DNA of 64,000 bases, taken from the NCBI GenBank assembly GCA_964234715.1, contig OZ174281.1; one strand, 5' to 3'. Below are positions 37,140 through 50,291 of the stretch, piece by piece. The position numbers and the translations under genes are program-made. Origin of the DNA: Podarcis melisellensis (lineage: Eukaryota). The notes beneath the pieces were generated by a model. It was given only the letters and a program-made list of their open reading frames with translations, was not told the origin of the DNA and made no database searches. How positions within the stretch are numbered: the stretch's first letter is position 1; every line of letters starts with the position of its first letter.

Positions 37140-38790
37140 CAGTGGATGGTACAGTGTACAGAACAATTTCTGCCACTCCCCAGAGGAGGAAGAGACATGT
37201 GTTTGTGGTAGGTGACTCTCTACTGAGCGGAACAGAGGCAGCAGTGTGTGGAGGTAACAATATGAAAAGGTTTCTTCAGCAATGTTTGAAGCAAGAAGAG
37301 GACAAGCAAGTAGTAAGCCCTCTTTGTGGAGAAGACAGAAATGCTACTGAGTGACAGAAGGAGGAACTGCTCAACACCTACTTTGCCTCTTGTCTCAACC
37401 CAAAAGGAAGCAGTGCCCAACTTGGTGATAGCAGAATAAGTGATGCAAGGTGGGAGCTACAACCCCAGGTAGGAAAACAGATAGTAAGGGAACACCTAGC
37501 TACTTTAAATTAATTCTAAACTCCAAGGCCTGCACCCAAGGGTAGTAAAGGAGCTTGCGGGTGTAATCTCAGAGTTTCTGACTATAATCTTAGAGAATTC
37601 ATATACAGTGGTACCTCTGGTTACATACTTAATTTGTTCAGGAGGTCCGTTCTTAACCTGAAGACCACTTTAGCTAATGGGGCCTCCTGCTGCTGCTGTG
37701 CTGCTGCCACACAATTTCTGTTCTTATCCTGAAGCAAAGTTCTTAACTCAAGGTATTATTTCTGGGTTAGCGGAGTCTGTAACCTGAAGCGTATGTAACC
37801 TGAAATGTATGTAACCTGAGGTACCACTGTATATTTTATATATATATGGAAGTTTTCAGGAGAAAAATAAACTGGAAAAGGTGGAGAGAATTCAAAACAA
37901 AATAAAGTGCTTGAAACTGGTACAATACAATATGTGGGTTTATAGGTAGCATGATTATTCTAATGAGTATAAAATTATCAACAGGTCATTATGCTTTATA
38001 TACGGTAAATACACTCTAAATATCATTATATTTGTCCATACACAACCTACAACTTAAAGCAATCCACTGGTATGTTGCAAGAGTAGTCATATCTTCTATC
38101 CATTGTTCAAAGGGGGCCAGGGTATTGATGTATCAATATCAGTCTTTTTGCAGGGGTAAGCGTGCAAACTGTCCATTTATGTTGACCCGCTATCAAACCA
38201 CATATAGTTGGTATGTGGTGTAGGATAATATTATCATCTGGCAATTTTAAATCCCCAAGTAATATTTATACATGTAAATGCTGCAGACATTATGTATCTT
38301 GATTTTAGTGAGGCTTTTGACAAACTGCACCATTATATTCTTACAGAGAAGCTGGTAAAATTGGTCTGGACAAGGTAACTCTTAGGTGGATTTGTAGTTG
38401 GTTGACTGACTGAACTCAAAGGGTGCTTCCTTGCCATGCTGGAAAAAAGTGACAAGTGGGTTGCTGGGCGCATTGTTGTTCAGTGTCTTTATAAATGATT
38501 TGGATGAAGGAATTGATGGAGTGTCCATCAGATTTTCAGATGACACCAAACTGGGAGAGGTAGCTAATCTGCAGAAGACAAAATTGGAATTCAAGATGCC
38601 CTTAACAGATGGGAGAATTGGGGCCAAACTAAACAAAATTGAATTTCAATAGGAACAAACATAAGGTTCTAAAGTTAAGCAAGAAGAATCAATTATAAGA
38701 TGGGGGACACCTGGTTTGTCAATAGTACATGTGAAAAGGATTGAGGGTATACTAAAAGCTTAACATGAGTGTGATGCAGCAGCAAGAAAA
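37140..38790 (+). mobile_element. Fragmented CR1 LINE (ORF1 GDSL-esterase piece and ORF2 RT pieces) interrupted by other sequence
   Basis: VFVVGDSLLSGTEAAVC in ORF 37136..37354; YLDFSEAFDK at ~38295; LFSVFINDLDEGIDGVSIRFSDDTKLG in ORF 38431..38652. Similar to the element at 1-1430. Confidence 0.8.
37606..37829. mobile_element. Tigger-like MITE inserted in CR1
   Basis: TIRs cagtggtacctc.ggttacatac / gtatgtaacctgaggtaccactg with TA TSD; subterminal taacctgaag repeats. Confidence 0.88.
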
Positions 38791-38799
38791 AGCTAAGGG

Positions 38800-39150
38800 T
38801 ACTGGGAGATTACATATGCTAAAGCTATTTTTGGTCATCTGCATACTATTCCTTGCTTTTTCCTGTAGGAGTAATTGCAGTCGTTAACAGTCGTCAACAG
38901 GTTTACCATACCCATTTAGTCAATCACCCATCTCTTACTACCCTTCTGAGAAAAACCCCACCCCACCCTCCCACTATATATAAGGGTCTGGTGACATCTT
39001 TTTCAGTGTATCTGAAGAAGTGTGCATGCACATGAAAGCTTATAACCAGAACAAACTTAGTTGGTCTCTAAGGTGCTACTGGACTATTTTTATTTATTTA
39101 TTTTATTTATTTCGACTGCATCAGATCAACACAGCTACCTACCTGAATTT
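38800..39150 (+). mobile_element. Penelope-like element terminal fragment with hammerhead motif
   Basis: ctgaagaagtgtgcatgcacatgaaagctta...ttggtctctaaggtgctactgg...aacacagctacctacctgaa; related copies at 42495-42760 (+) and 60036-60115 (-). Confidence 0.75.
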
Positions 39151-39589
39151 ATCTCCCCAGTACTTAGCCATGTAGAATAGATAACAAACAGGTTCCACAG
39201 TCTAGAGAAAAATTCCTACAGAAATATGAAGCAGTGGAATACAACGTGAGTGAAAGCCTCTGCCACCACCAGTCCAAACTGCTGACCACTTTGAAGTTCA
39301 GCACTGCATTCTTTGTTTCACCCAGCATAGAATTGTATCTTAGAGTTCAAGACACATTCAGTCTGGAAACTTAATGTATAGACTTGGGAACAAATAACCA
39401 TTAAATTTAATAAAAGTCTCACTAAGGAATCTTTTTAATTAAAACCAAATGACCAAATGACATAACTGTGCAAAACAAAACTAAGCAGATGAATCAACAG
39501 CCTAAATCTGTTTCATCCCACAAAGACACAAGCAGCCTGGTCCACAAGCAAGTTGGACTACTTGGATTTAGTTGAACTAAACTGGTGCT

Positions 39590-39902
39590 TGTCGATCAGA
39601 AGGTCGGTGGTTCGAATCCTTGCGGCGGGGTGAGCTCCCGTTTGCTTGGTCCCTGCTCCTGCCAACCTAGCAGTTTGAAAGCACATCAAAGTGCAAGTAG
39701 ATAAATAGGTACCACTCTGGCGGGAAGGTAAATGGTGTTTCTGTGCGCTGCTTTGGTTTGCCAGAAGTGGCTTAGTCATGCTGGCCACATGACCCGGAAG
39801 CTGTACGCCGGCTCCCTTGGCCAATAAAGCAAGATGAGCACCACAACCCCAGAGTTGGTCACGACTGGACCTAATGGTCAGGGGTCCCTTTACCTATACC
39901 TT
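39590..39902 (+). mobile_element. Sauria SINE (5'-truncated)
   Basis: gatcagaaggtcggtggttcgaatcc (B box), through to ggggtccctttacctataccttt. Confidence 0.9.
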
Positions 39903-42494
39903 TAATTTAAATCCAGATATTCTGAACTTCAATGTGACTCTTGTCTTAAATCTGAGTAGTTCACTTTACAGTACTGCTTCATGGATCCCTGTCACTCATT
40001 CTTGGGGAACTATGTCACGCAAAATTGGAATTACCAATAGCTCATTGTATTGTCATGTGTAGAAAGGAAAACAATGACTTTATTACTGCTGTGGCCAGCT
40101 GTGTAAATGAGGCTCTGTTTGTGATTTCCTATCAGTGCCATTTCAAATGTGGTAATGCAATCACAACCCAATGAATGAGCTTAAACTTTATATAACATTC
40201 CAAAACCAACACAGACTATGCCTTGCCTTTTATATTCTTTGTTTTTTTATCTTAAGGATATATAACTTTGCTGACTGATATATAGTAGATTTGAAATCTT
40301 CACATGATAGTCCCATATGATTATTACGGTACTTTCTTATGAGAAATTGGGGAGGCAGGGAGTGCAACGAACCTCCCTAGATATTAACTGTTAGCTTTTA
40401 CACCAATGGCCATAATGATTGGGAAGAGAAAATCACAGCTATAATTTCTAGTTTAAACGGGGGCAAAATATATAAAAACCTAGCTATAAAAGGGAGTTAT
40501 AGAAAGTACAAAGTATCTGTGGTGTGTCATTAGTTAATAAGAATTCAGATAAGGAAATAAGGATGATAGCTATAGTAATAATAATTAATAATTATACCCT
40601 GCCTATCTGATTGGGTTGCCCCAGCCACTTTGGGTGGCTTTCAACAGAAATAAAAAATATAATGAAACATCAAACATTGAAAACTTCCTGACTGAGGGTT
40701 GCTGTATAAAATATTTATAAAGCAGTTAGCAAACTTTTGAGTTCCCAATAACTTTTCTTGTTGGAAGAATTTCTATACCTCATGTATTAAACAAAAAAGT
40801 AGAGGAAAGGGAACAAATCTGGGCATAATAGAATCATCTCATAACTTTGTGATATTACTTGGCTTTCTCTGATAAATATACACAGTTATGTAGAGAGATG
40901 CAAAGGAAAAAAATAGTTTATACTGACTTAATTTATTAATTAAAATAATTAAATTAATTAAATCTCTCACAGAGGAACCTAGACCCCATGTGACTCATAC
41001 ATCTTCTTGGCTGGGTTATTCAACTTGCTGCTATTCTTTCCTTCACTATACGTGTCCTGATTGAATTTTGCTTTGTACCTGGTAACTGATACCCATTAGT
41101 GTTTCATGTTATTCTTGATAAAAATTATGTTATAAAAAGTCATGATATTTTAGCGGGTCTTAATAAGCAAATTACCCTTCTGGGTTTGGGGCAATTTTTT
41201 TCTAGTGGGCTAATATGGCTACTTTTAGGAATACTTTGTTATTTCATCTGCCTATTCTTGATATACTGTTTTGTGGGCATCTCAACCCTAATGCATCAAA
41301 TCTACACAAACATATAATAAATTTAAATATCTTTTGTGACTTTGTCTAAATGCATGTAAAATAAGTTTTTTGTGATATATTATTCTCCTGGATATATTGA
41401 TAAAAACACATTTAACTTTGTACAAGAGGTCAAAAGTATAAGAAATAGCTTCAGTTGTTGTAATGTATGGCAATACAGAATAATCAACTGGCCACAGTCA
41501 ATCCTTAGAGGGCAAGTACAGTGCACTGCATTGTGTGGGTTTTCTTGTATGTGAGACACTTTATTCTGAAGTTGAAAAGAGTTCAAGAACAAACATCACA
41601 TACAGGCTCTCAAAGGAATGTTAGCATATTTTCTCTGTCAGATAATTTTTTCAAAAGGAGAGAAAATTATAGCGTTCTGTGTGTGTGGCTTACTATTAGC
41701 AGATAAATGAGTGATCAGAAAGCTATCATGTTACAAAAAGTGTCTACTGCAGCCCATTGTACTGTTATTTAACATTTCCCACAATTCAGTAGACATAGAA
41801 CTATTCCACGTGAAACAAAAAGCAAAATTAACACGTTGTTTCTCTTATACTAAAGTGGACCAATGTGTCTCTCCATATTTTTACTTGTTCTTTAAAGTGC
41901 TTTTGTTGTTGTTGTTACTGTGACATTTCTAGGCCAGAAATCTCTGCTACAAGCAGCTCCCAAAGTGGCATGCAAAATAAAACATCTCTATAAACCAGTC
42001 CAAATAAAACAGCCATAATTAAAACATATGACATAACAACAAAACACAGCCCAGCAGCAAAATGAAATTGCTAAATATGCTTGGAATATATCATTTTATG
42101 ATTACATCAGCCTGCCAGGAACATCTTCTATGCTGTCACTAATGTTCTGTGAAACATAGCTGAGCCTTCCCAACAGACATAAGTCCATTAGGATAAGGAT
42201 GTAGAAGGAAGTGTTCTCTCAGGTATTTAGCACATCACATTTGGTCTGAAGCTAATAGGTAACCAGTGCAAATGAATCAGAATAAGAGTATTAAGTTCTC
42301 TGCAAAGTGACCTCATTTTCAAAGGCAGCCCCCCCAACATTCCAATAAGCTATAACCCTAAAACAAGAAGTATTTGGAAATGGGAGAGTATATTTTAAGG
42401 TCAGCAAGCTTGCAGTAGTTTAAGGTCTTGGAGTGTGAAACACAACCTTGTTTCATTTAAAACCATGGAGAGACCTGATCTGAATAGAGACACT

Positions 42495-42760
42495 GGATTC
42501 TTATCTCATTATACATGATAAAGCTAGTTTTGGCCATCTCATCCCTTGCTTTTTCCTGTAAGACCAATTGCAGTCATTAACAGTCCTCAACAGGTTTACC
42601 ACACCCATTCCCACCTCCCCTCTGAGTAATACCCTTCCCCACCGTCTCACTATATACAAAGGTCTGGTGACTTCTGTTTCAGTGTATCTGAAGAAGTGTG
42701 TATGCACACAAAAGCTCATACCAAGAACAAACTTGGTCTCTAAGGTGCTACTGGACAAAT
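42495..42760 (+). mobile_element. Penelope-like element fragment (second copy)
   Basis: Aligns by eye with 38820-39085, including tatctgaagaagtgtgtatgcacacaaaagctcata and ggtctctaaggtgctactgg. Confidence 0.75.
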
Positions 42761-43555
42761 ATATATATCAATATATCTATATATATATGGGGAGCCAAGA
42801 CTCAGCAAACTCCAAGCACTACTGAGTTAGGAGATTATGACCTGGTTTGTATGACGTGGTAAGACAAAATGAGATTGCCCAAATGTACACACTTCAAGAG
42901 AGCACCTTGCAGCTGCGCTAAGACAAACTTTATATTAGCATGACATGACAGTAAAAAGGCCCAGGGAGGAGCAAAGTGGCTTTAATCTCTCCAGGAGGCA
43001 CCACATTTGTGAGACCACACTGAACTATAGTCTGGCTTACAGTGCCATGTGAACCAGCCCAGGGTATGACCCATTGGCCTTGCAATAACCCCCAATGTTA
43101 CTGCAATTAATCAGAACAGTAGCAGCATCTCCTGGCCATAGCTGCACTAGGTCATGGGAGAAATGGGGGTGCAGTGGGATTGCATTTCTTGATACAGAGC
43201 TACAGCAAATGCTCCAGTCAATTAAGCAATTCTGGCTATAACACAACTGTTGGGCAATACCCAAGCTTTGCCTAGTTTTGTCAGATATCAACTGCTTGCA
43301 ACAGGCCAGAGCTCAGCTCAGTGCAGCAAGTTGGTGGATCATGTCCATCTATACAGTGGATCAAACCTGAGTTTTAAATGCAGCCTTTTGGATTGGGATA
43401 CATAGTTGTCATGAAAATGACTGAAGTAGGTAAATAAAAATGAGATAAGATTTGCATGTTGGAGCCTGCATGGCATGCATGCCTCCAAATGTCCTGCCCC
43501 CTTTGAAGATAAGATCACTCTTGGCTGGACATCAGTGGTTAGCATGTACTGTATA

Positions 43556-43768
43556 TAGTAAGGCTACAACTTACACACATTTAACTTGTGCACATTCAGC
43601 TTTATGTGCATGGCGAAATAAAAAATAGAAAGGAGGTGGGAAAGAAGGGAAAGAAGACATTGGGAATCCCACCCACTATTGCACCCAATATGTTATGACT
43701 ATTCGCGATTTTGGCTTTAAGTGTGCAATCCCCAGAACGTAACCCCTGTGTAAGTTGCAGGCTTACTG
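43556..43768. mobile_element. Older Tigger-like MITE
   Basis: Left end tagtaaggctacaacttacac versus reverse complement of right end cagtaagcctgcaacttacac (18/21); TA flanks. Confidence 0.65.
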
Positions 43769-44519
43769 TAGGATCAGTCTATGCTGGAGGTGAATTACAT
43801 CTCTAGACTTTCTTTTTGAGCCACTCAGCAGAACTGATTCGCAGTAGCATAATACAGATGAAGGGAAATATTTCTTTCAGGTTGGCGCCCAAGCCTTTTT
43901 GTTGCATGAGGCAATACGTGAGATGCCACTCCCTGACACCAATTCCATGTACTGGCAGCTGACTGGGCTGGAAGTTGAAATTTGCTTCAACAAATTGCTA
44001 CAGCATAGTGTCAATGGATCTTACTCCTCAGGGCACAATGCATAGGATTGCAGCCATGTTGATATTAAGTAGCTGGTACTATTGTGTACATTTGTGCTTA
44101 TAATGGATCAACACAGTTGTCTGCATTTTTTATTTCTCTTTGGGTGTGTGGCTATGAACTCTCCTTACGGGCACAGCTATAGGCAGCATCAGTAAGTGGG
44201 GCAGGGGCAGCAATTACCTGATCTTTTGTCACTGGCATTGTTGTGGCTTACTGGGAGGGAGGGGGAGCTGCAAGAAGCAAATGCAGCAGTAGAGCCAATC
44301 TAGACCTCCTGTGAACAAGTTTGCACTGTGCTGACCTCACTGCTGCTTCACCTTCTCCCTCCCAGTAATCTGCAGCAACACTGGTTGTTTGTAAATCACC
44401 CTTGGATCTTTGGATGAAGGGTTGTATACAAATTTAATAAATAATAATAAACAACACTGCTGCCACACCTTGCAAACCCATACTGGCTCCTGGGGCTATT
44501 TACTGAATCCAGCAAAATA

Positions 44520-46178
44520 CAGTGGTGCCCCGCAAGACGAATGCCTCGCAAGACGAAAAACCCGCAAGACGAAAGGGTTTTTCGGTTTTTGCGACGCTTC
44601 GCTAGACGATTTTCCCTATGGGCTTGCTTCGCAAGACGAAAGCCCATAGGGAAATCTCCGGGGACCTCTTTTAAATGCTGGCGGTGGGGAGCAAAGCCTT
44701 TCCCCCCCCTCTGGACTTCAGAAGAGGTCCAGGAAGGCCGGCGGGGGCGAAAGGCTTTGCTCCCCACCGCCAGCATTTTAAAAGCGGTCCGGGATAGCAG
44801 GGAAGCGCTTCCCGCTATCCCGGATGGCTTTTGAAGGCAGGCGGGGGAGCAAAGACTTTTGCCCCCCGCCAGCCTTCAGAAGAGGTCCAGGACCTCTTCC
44901 AAAGGCGGGCGGGGGGCAAAAGTCTTTGTCCCCCCTGCCTGCCTAACCGGGGGCTTTTAAATCGCCCCGGGACTGTCCGGGGCGATTTAAAAGCCCCCGG
45001 ACGGCTTTTGAAGGCAGGCGGGGGGGAGCAAAGACTTTTGCCCCCCGCTAGCCTTCAGAAGAAGTCCTCTTCCGATTTAAAAGCCCCCGGACGGCTTTTG
45101 AAGGCAGGCGGGGGGGGGGGAGCAAAGACTTTTGCCCCCCGCCAGCCTTCAGAAGAGGTCCTCGGGGCAATTTAAAAGCCCCCGGTTAGGCAGGCAGGGG
45201 GGACAAAGACTTTTGCCCCCCACCCGCCTTTTAAATGCTGGCGGTGGGGAGCAAAGCCTTTCCCCCCCTCCGGACTTCAGAAGAGGTCCAGGAAGGCCGG
45301 CGGGGGCGAAAGGCTTTGCTCCCCACCGCCAGCATTTTAAAAGCGGTCCGGGATAGCAGGGAAGCGCTTCCCGCTATCCCGGACGGCTTTTGAAGGCAGG
45401 CGGGGGGGAGCAAAGACTTTGCTCCCCCCCGCCTGCCTTCAAAAGCCGTCCGGGGGCTTTTAAATCGCCCCGGACAGTCCCGGGGCGATTTAAAAGCCCC
45501 CGGTTAGGCAGGCAGGGGGGACAAAGACTTTTGCCCCCCGCCCGCCTTCAGAAGAGGTCCTGGACCTCTTCCGAAGGCGGGCGGGGACAAAAGTCTTTGT
45601 CCCCCCTGCCTGCCTTCCCGGGAGAGTGGGAAGGCAGCGCTGCCTTTTCCGCTCTCCCGGAAAGGCAGGCAGGGGGGAGCAAAGACTTTGGCCCCCCGCC
45701 GGGGGCAAAAGTCTTTGCTCCCCCCCGCCTGCCTTCAAAAGCCGTCCGGGGGCTTTTAAATCGCCCCGGACAGTCCCGGGGCGATTTAAAAGCCCCCGGT
45801 TAGGCAGGCAGGGGGGACAAAGACTTTTGCCCCCCGCCCGCCTTCGGAAGAGGTCCTGGACCTCTTCCGAAGGCGGGCGGGGGACAAAAGTCTTTGTCCC
45901 CCCTGCCTGCCTTTCCGGGAGAGCGGGAAGGCAGCGCTGCCTTTTCCGCTCTCTCGGTAAGGCAGGCAGGGGGGAGCAAAGACTTTTGCCCCCCGCCAGC
46001 CTTCAGAAGAGGTCGGGGGACAGACTGTCCCCGGACCTGGTCTGAAGGCGGTTTCCATAGGAACGCATTAATTGATTTTTAATGCATTCCTATGGGAAAC
46101 CGTGCTTCGCAAGACGAAAAACTCGCAAGACGAAAAGACTTGCGGAACGAATTAATTTCGTCTTGCGAGACACCATTG
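44520..46178. mobile_element. 1.66-kb non-autonomous Tc1/mariner (Tigger/pogo-like) element with repeat-patchwork interior
   Basis: TIRs cagtggtgccccgcaagacgaa / ttcgtcttgcgagacaccattg; TA TSD (44518-19, 46179-80); subterminal cgcaagacgaa repeats at both ends; no transposase. Confidence 0.9.
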
Positions 46179-46828
46179 TATAGAAGACAGTTACTAAATA
46201 CTTAAAGCTAAATTGCTTCCCAGTCATGCATATACACTACTTTAATCTTATTATCCATTGCTGTCTATTCAAAACTGTAGCTTGCATTTTTAATGCTAAT
46301 TGTTTGGTCCAGATGTTTAAAAGTCCCTTTCCTGCCTCCCAAACTCAAGCATATATAAAAGGACAGTTTAAACAAAAGTTTGGTTTTTTTAGTTTCAGTT
46401 CTTCACATTTCCCATAAGCCCCAGCCAACATGGCTCAAGTTCAGGGATGATGGGAGTTGTAGTCGAGTTACATATGGAGGCCTATAGGATTCCATGTCCT
46501 GATCTATGGATACAGAATCTCTATGCTGTATGACATAAATTTTACTCTAGTCTCTCGTTCTTCCATCTTTCGCAACATTTTCTGGATTAAGTTGGAATAT
46601 AACCCTGAATTTAATGGATCTTATTCTCCAATTAATCTGTATAAGACTGCAGCCTAAATTTAGCATTTTGAACTTGCTAGATAGAACAGACAAATGAAAA
46701 AGAAATAAACAGACAATTTAAAGTAAATAGAGTTAAGAAATGTTTCTTTTTGATACAGTAAAGGGACAGTTGTCGAAACATGTTAAGAATTAAAGGGCCC
46801 CGTCCCCCCGCAGGATTTATGCTAATAA

Positions 46829-46829
<1 letters not shown>

Positions 46830-46874
<45 letters not shown>
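46830..46874. repeat. (AT)n microsatellite
   Basis: Directly visible. Confidence 0.95.
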
Positions 46875-46879
<5 letters not shown>

Positions 46880-48047
46880 GAAAAATATTTATCTGCTGAT
46901 GTGTGACAGATGGTAAATTGTTTCAGCTGGAGAAAAACAATAACAAACTGGGTGTAATTTACAGTGCCATCTAAATTATATTTTCCTTTGCATGTTTTAG
47001 GAGAAGAGACAGTTAAACTATATACCGTTTCTGTGTTTCCTTCCCTCCCTCACCCCATATGTGTAAGAGCCAAATCCCTTTTATGCATAAACCATAGATT
47101 GTGTCACAAGATTAGACAGCAGGGTTTTTATGAAACTAAAACAAACCATCTGTTTTGAAAGACCCGTTCAGAAAGTTTTCTGGATTTAATGAACATTAGT
47201 TGCAGTCTCTCGACATTATTTTAATTCAAAGATGGTCTTATAGGAATTAGTAAAATGGAGAATTAAAGAAATGCATGTGGCGTGAATGAGTGCTTGTCTT
47301 AACTTGCCAAAATGAAGGTTGCCTAACACTTTTCTATGTAAACCCATTTTCAGTCTATTTCTGAAGTGTTTGGAACTGAAATGTCCATGACTGTTCCATA
47401 TATAAACCCTCACATGTATGATGACATATTTGCTATAATAAATATTCTCAAGATGGTTGGTACCCTATGCATCAACCAGAGTGCATAGTTAATGTGAACA
47501 CACCCTTGGCCACTCAGCAATTGGATTTGAACCATAAACAGCTATGGGGCTGGCAAGAAAAGAGGCGAAAAACACCCCTGCCTATACCCATACCATGCAG
47601 TTAAAACTTGGTTATGTCACATTAACAGCTATGGAGAATCTTGGGAGTTGTAGTTTGTTAAGGGTGCTAGGAATTGTAGATATGTGAGGTCAGTAACCTT
47701 AACAAACTGCAATTCCCAGGATTCGGGGGGACGGACGATGACAGGGACCATGACTTGTAAAGTGATAAGGAATGCTTTAAATGTATGGTGTGCATGTGAG
47801 AAAATTGGGGTTTCTAGCATGCATTGGGGCACAGCTGGGTCACCCATGAGGCAAAGTGAGGTAAACGCTTTGGGCAGCAGGATCCACAGGGGCAGCAGAT
47901 CCAGTCTCCGAGGAATTCATCACCCACTGCTTGCTGCTGCTGTGGTTGGAGCGACAACTGTGGAACACTCCTCAGAGGCTGAATTTGCCACCTCCCCGAT
48001 GCCCTAGAGGTGGGAGAAGACATTTAGTGCCTTCTATTTGCCAAGAG

Positions 48048-48336
48048 CCCCTTCATGGATCACTACCTTGTCGTGGCGAAGGGGCTTGAATAACTCAGAG
48101 AAGCTATGAGCTATGCTGTGGAGGGCCACCCAAGACAGACAGGTCATAGCTGAGAGTTTAGACTAAATGTGATGCACCTGGAGAAGGAACTGGCAAACCA
48201 CTCCAGTATTTTGCCAAGAAAACTTCATGGACATAAAAAAGGAAAAGCTTTGAGAAGAAAGTGAGAGTTTCCAAGGCATGCTCTGGTTCATGGGGTCACG
48301 GAGAGTCGAAAACGACTAAGACAACCTAACAACAAA
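48048..48336 (+). mobile_element. Short BovB/RTE-derived element (5' end joined to 3' end)
   Basis: Starts catggatcactaccttgtcgtggcgaaggggcttg...ggagaaggaactggcaaaccactccagtatt (BovB 5' UTR), ends catggggtcacggagagtcg...acaacaa (BovB 3' end); TSD atttRccaagag at 48036-48047 / 48337-48348. Confidence 0.8.
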
Positions 48337-50069
48337 ATTTACCAAGAGACCACTGTGCAATGTTGCCTCCATAGTGGTCTCTCGGTGAATAGGGGGCTCT
48401 GGTCTCCTACTTCAGGGGAGGAAATTGTGAGGAGTGCCCTCTGGGGTCTCCTGAGCTCTGCACTGGTCCAGCATGATTCAGAGTGGGCCCCACAACTGCC
48501 TTCGATTCACACTTCAGCCATTGGGTAAGGTTGATTTGATTCCCCCTCCTTGTTCCTGATGTAGATGTTTACTGACCCCCTTCTTCCCTGTTGGGGGGCA
48601 CATGCCATTTTGTGGTTTGCCTCAGATGCCAAAATGTCTTGGGCTTGTCCTGCATTGAGTGGCGAGGGATTCCTTCAACCTACCTTCTGGGTAGTATTCG
48701 ACCAAACACATGCACAAGTCAAATGACTTCCAGTTGCTCAATGGGGCTTTCCACCCTTCTCACCCTCACCGTGTCCCAAATCTGATCCAGAGGCATGGAA
48801 AAACCACCAGAACAGATTTAGGCTGCACATGGGTGGGGGGGAGGGGAGAATGGGGGAAAGTCCAGTTATCCAAGGAGAAGTTGTTCTGCTCATGCAAAGC
48901 ACCACTGAGTGTTTTGTCGAATATAACCCTCTGTCCTGTAGATACCATACTGGTAGGGACCTTTATGTAAAGTTTTCCCCAAGATGCAGGGAAGCCTTTT
49001 GCTTTTCCTCTGTTTTTCAGCAGAAAAGAAGGGAAGGACTCCTTCTTTTAGCTATGTATTCTGGAACAGAAGAGCAGGCATGGGGAGGTTTGGGCTCTCT
49101 AGATGTTGTTAAACTACAAGTCGCATCCATGTTCCATGTTTGTGAGCAACACAATGTGCATGGCATAAAAGATTGCTGGTTATCTGACCAATAGGTTGCA
49201 ATTAGTATTATTAACCTTTTGGTGCTATTTAACTCCTGTCTGCCCAGCTTAAGATATTAAATTCCTGCAATAATGCTGTGAAAGTGCTTACTTGAGCAGC
49301 CTTCCCTCCCTCCTGAAATAATACCAGTACTATTCCCTTAACACCTGTGGTATTTGATCCTGTAAATGAAACCTGGGGGTAAAGCTTGCAAAGTTGCAAA
49401 TGTTGAGCAAAAAACCCCAAGCCATACAACCTTATCATAAAATAAATCCTTGTGCCCTTTTCTGCAAACAGCCCTACAACTGTTAGCTCAGGGTTGAAAA
49501 TGTGCATTCCGAGACATAAATATCCTTCGGAGTGAAGCAGTGGTTTTCCACACTCCAGAATAACTTCATATGGCTCAGTAGAGGTATTCACATTTCACAA
49601 TAAATACTAAGCTCACCGACTTGTAGATTTAGCACCAGGTTTTTGACACTTCTGGGGAAATCAGTGGGCCTTTGTGTATGTGTCAGGGACTCTAAGCATG
49701 CTCATGGGCACCCAGGGACATACATGTAGGCGTGCTCATATGGACATACAAGGAAGCCTACTACATCCCTCCAAAAGGTAATTAGTTTTTATTGTCTCAT
49801 TATCTTCTGAGCAATATGTTGGGCCCTGGGGATGCCAGTGCTCATTTTATTCAACTTGAACCTCTGCACCTTAGTTTCCAGGAAACTCCTGCTTTCTGCT
49901 CTGCTACAGGGCAGACAGTGGATAGAAAGCATAAGGAGCGTAGTGGTACCCAGATGTCAGGTCACAACCTTCTTAGCCTTCATCTGGAAGGCAGGATAAC
50001 TATGGCTTTACCATCACTCCAATGAAATGTTAGTTCTCTAGCTTCAAGGATTTTGCCCATCTCCGTGAT

Positions 50070-50291
50070 TTTATTTATTGATTGCATTTATATCTTTTTC
50101 TCTAAGGAGCATAAATTGGCGTAAATGGTTCTCCTTCTCCTCAGCTAATCCCCACAACAACTCTGTGAGGTAGTTTAGGCTGAGTGACTAGCCCAAGATC
50201 ACTCAGTGAACCTCATGGCCAAGCACGGCTATGACCCCTGGTCTCCCAGGTCCTAGTCTGACACTCTACCCATTACACGCCACTGGCTCTC
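50070..50291 (-). mobile_element. Old tRNA/CORE-type SINE (Squam3/MIR-like)
   Basis: ccccacaacaactctgtgaggtag...gcccaagatcac...ccattacacgccactggctctc, homologous to the 7694 copy. Confidence 0.7.

Noticed and set aside
44396-46082. Stack of overlapping repetitive ORFs; superficially CRISPR-like or repeat-protein-like
   Set aside because: All lie within the TIR-bounded element. Modules recur in both orientations with no unique spacers, there are no cas genes, and the context is eukaryotic.
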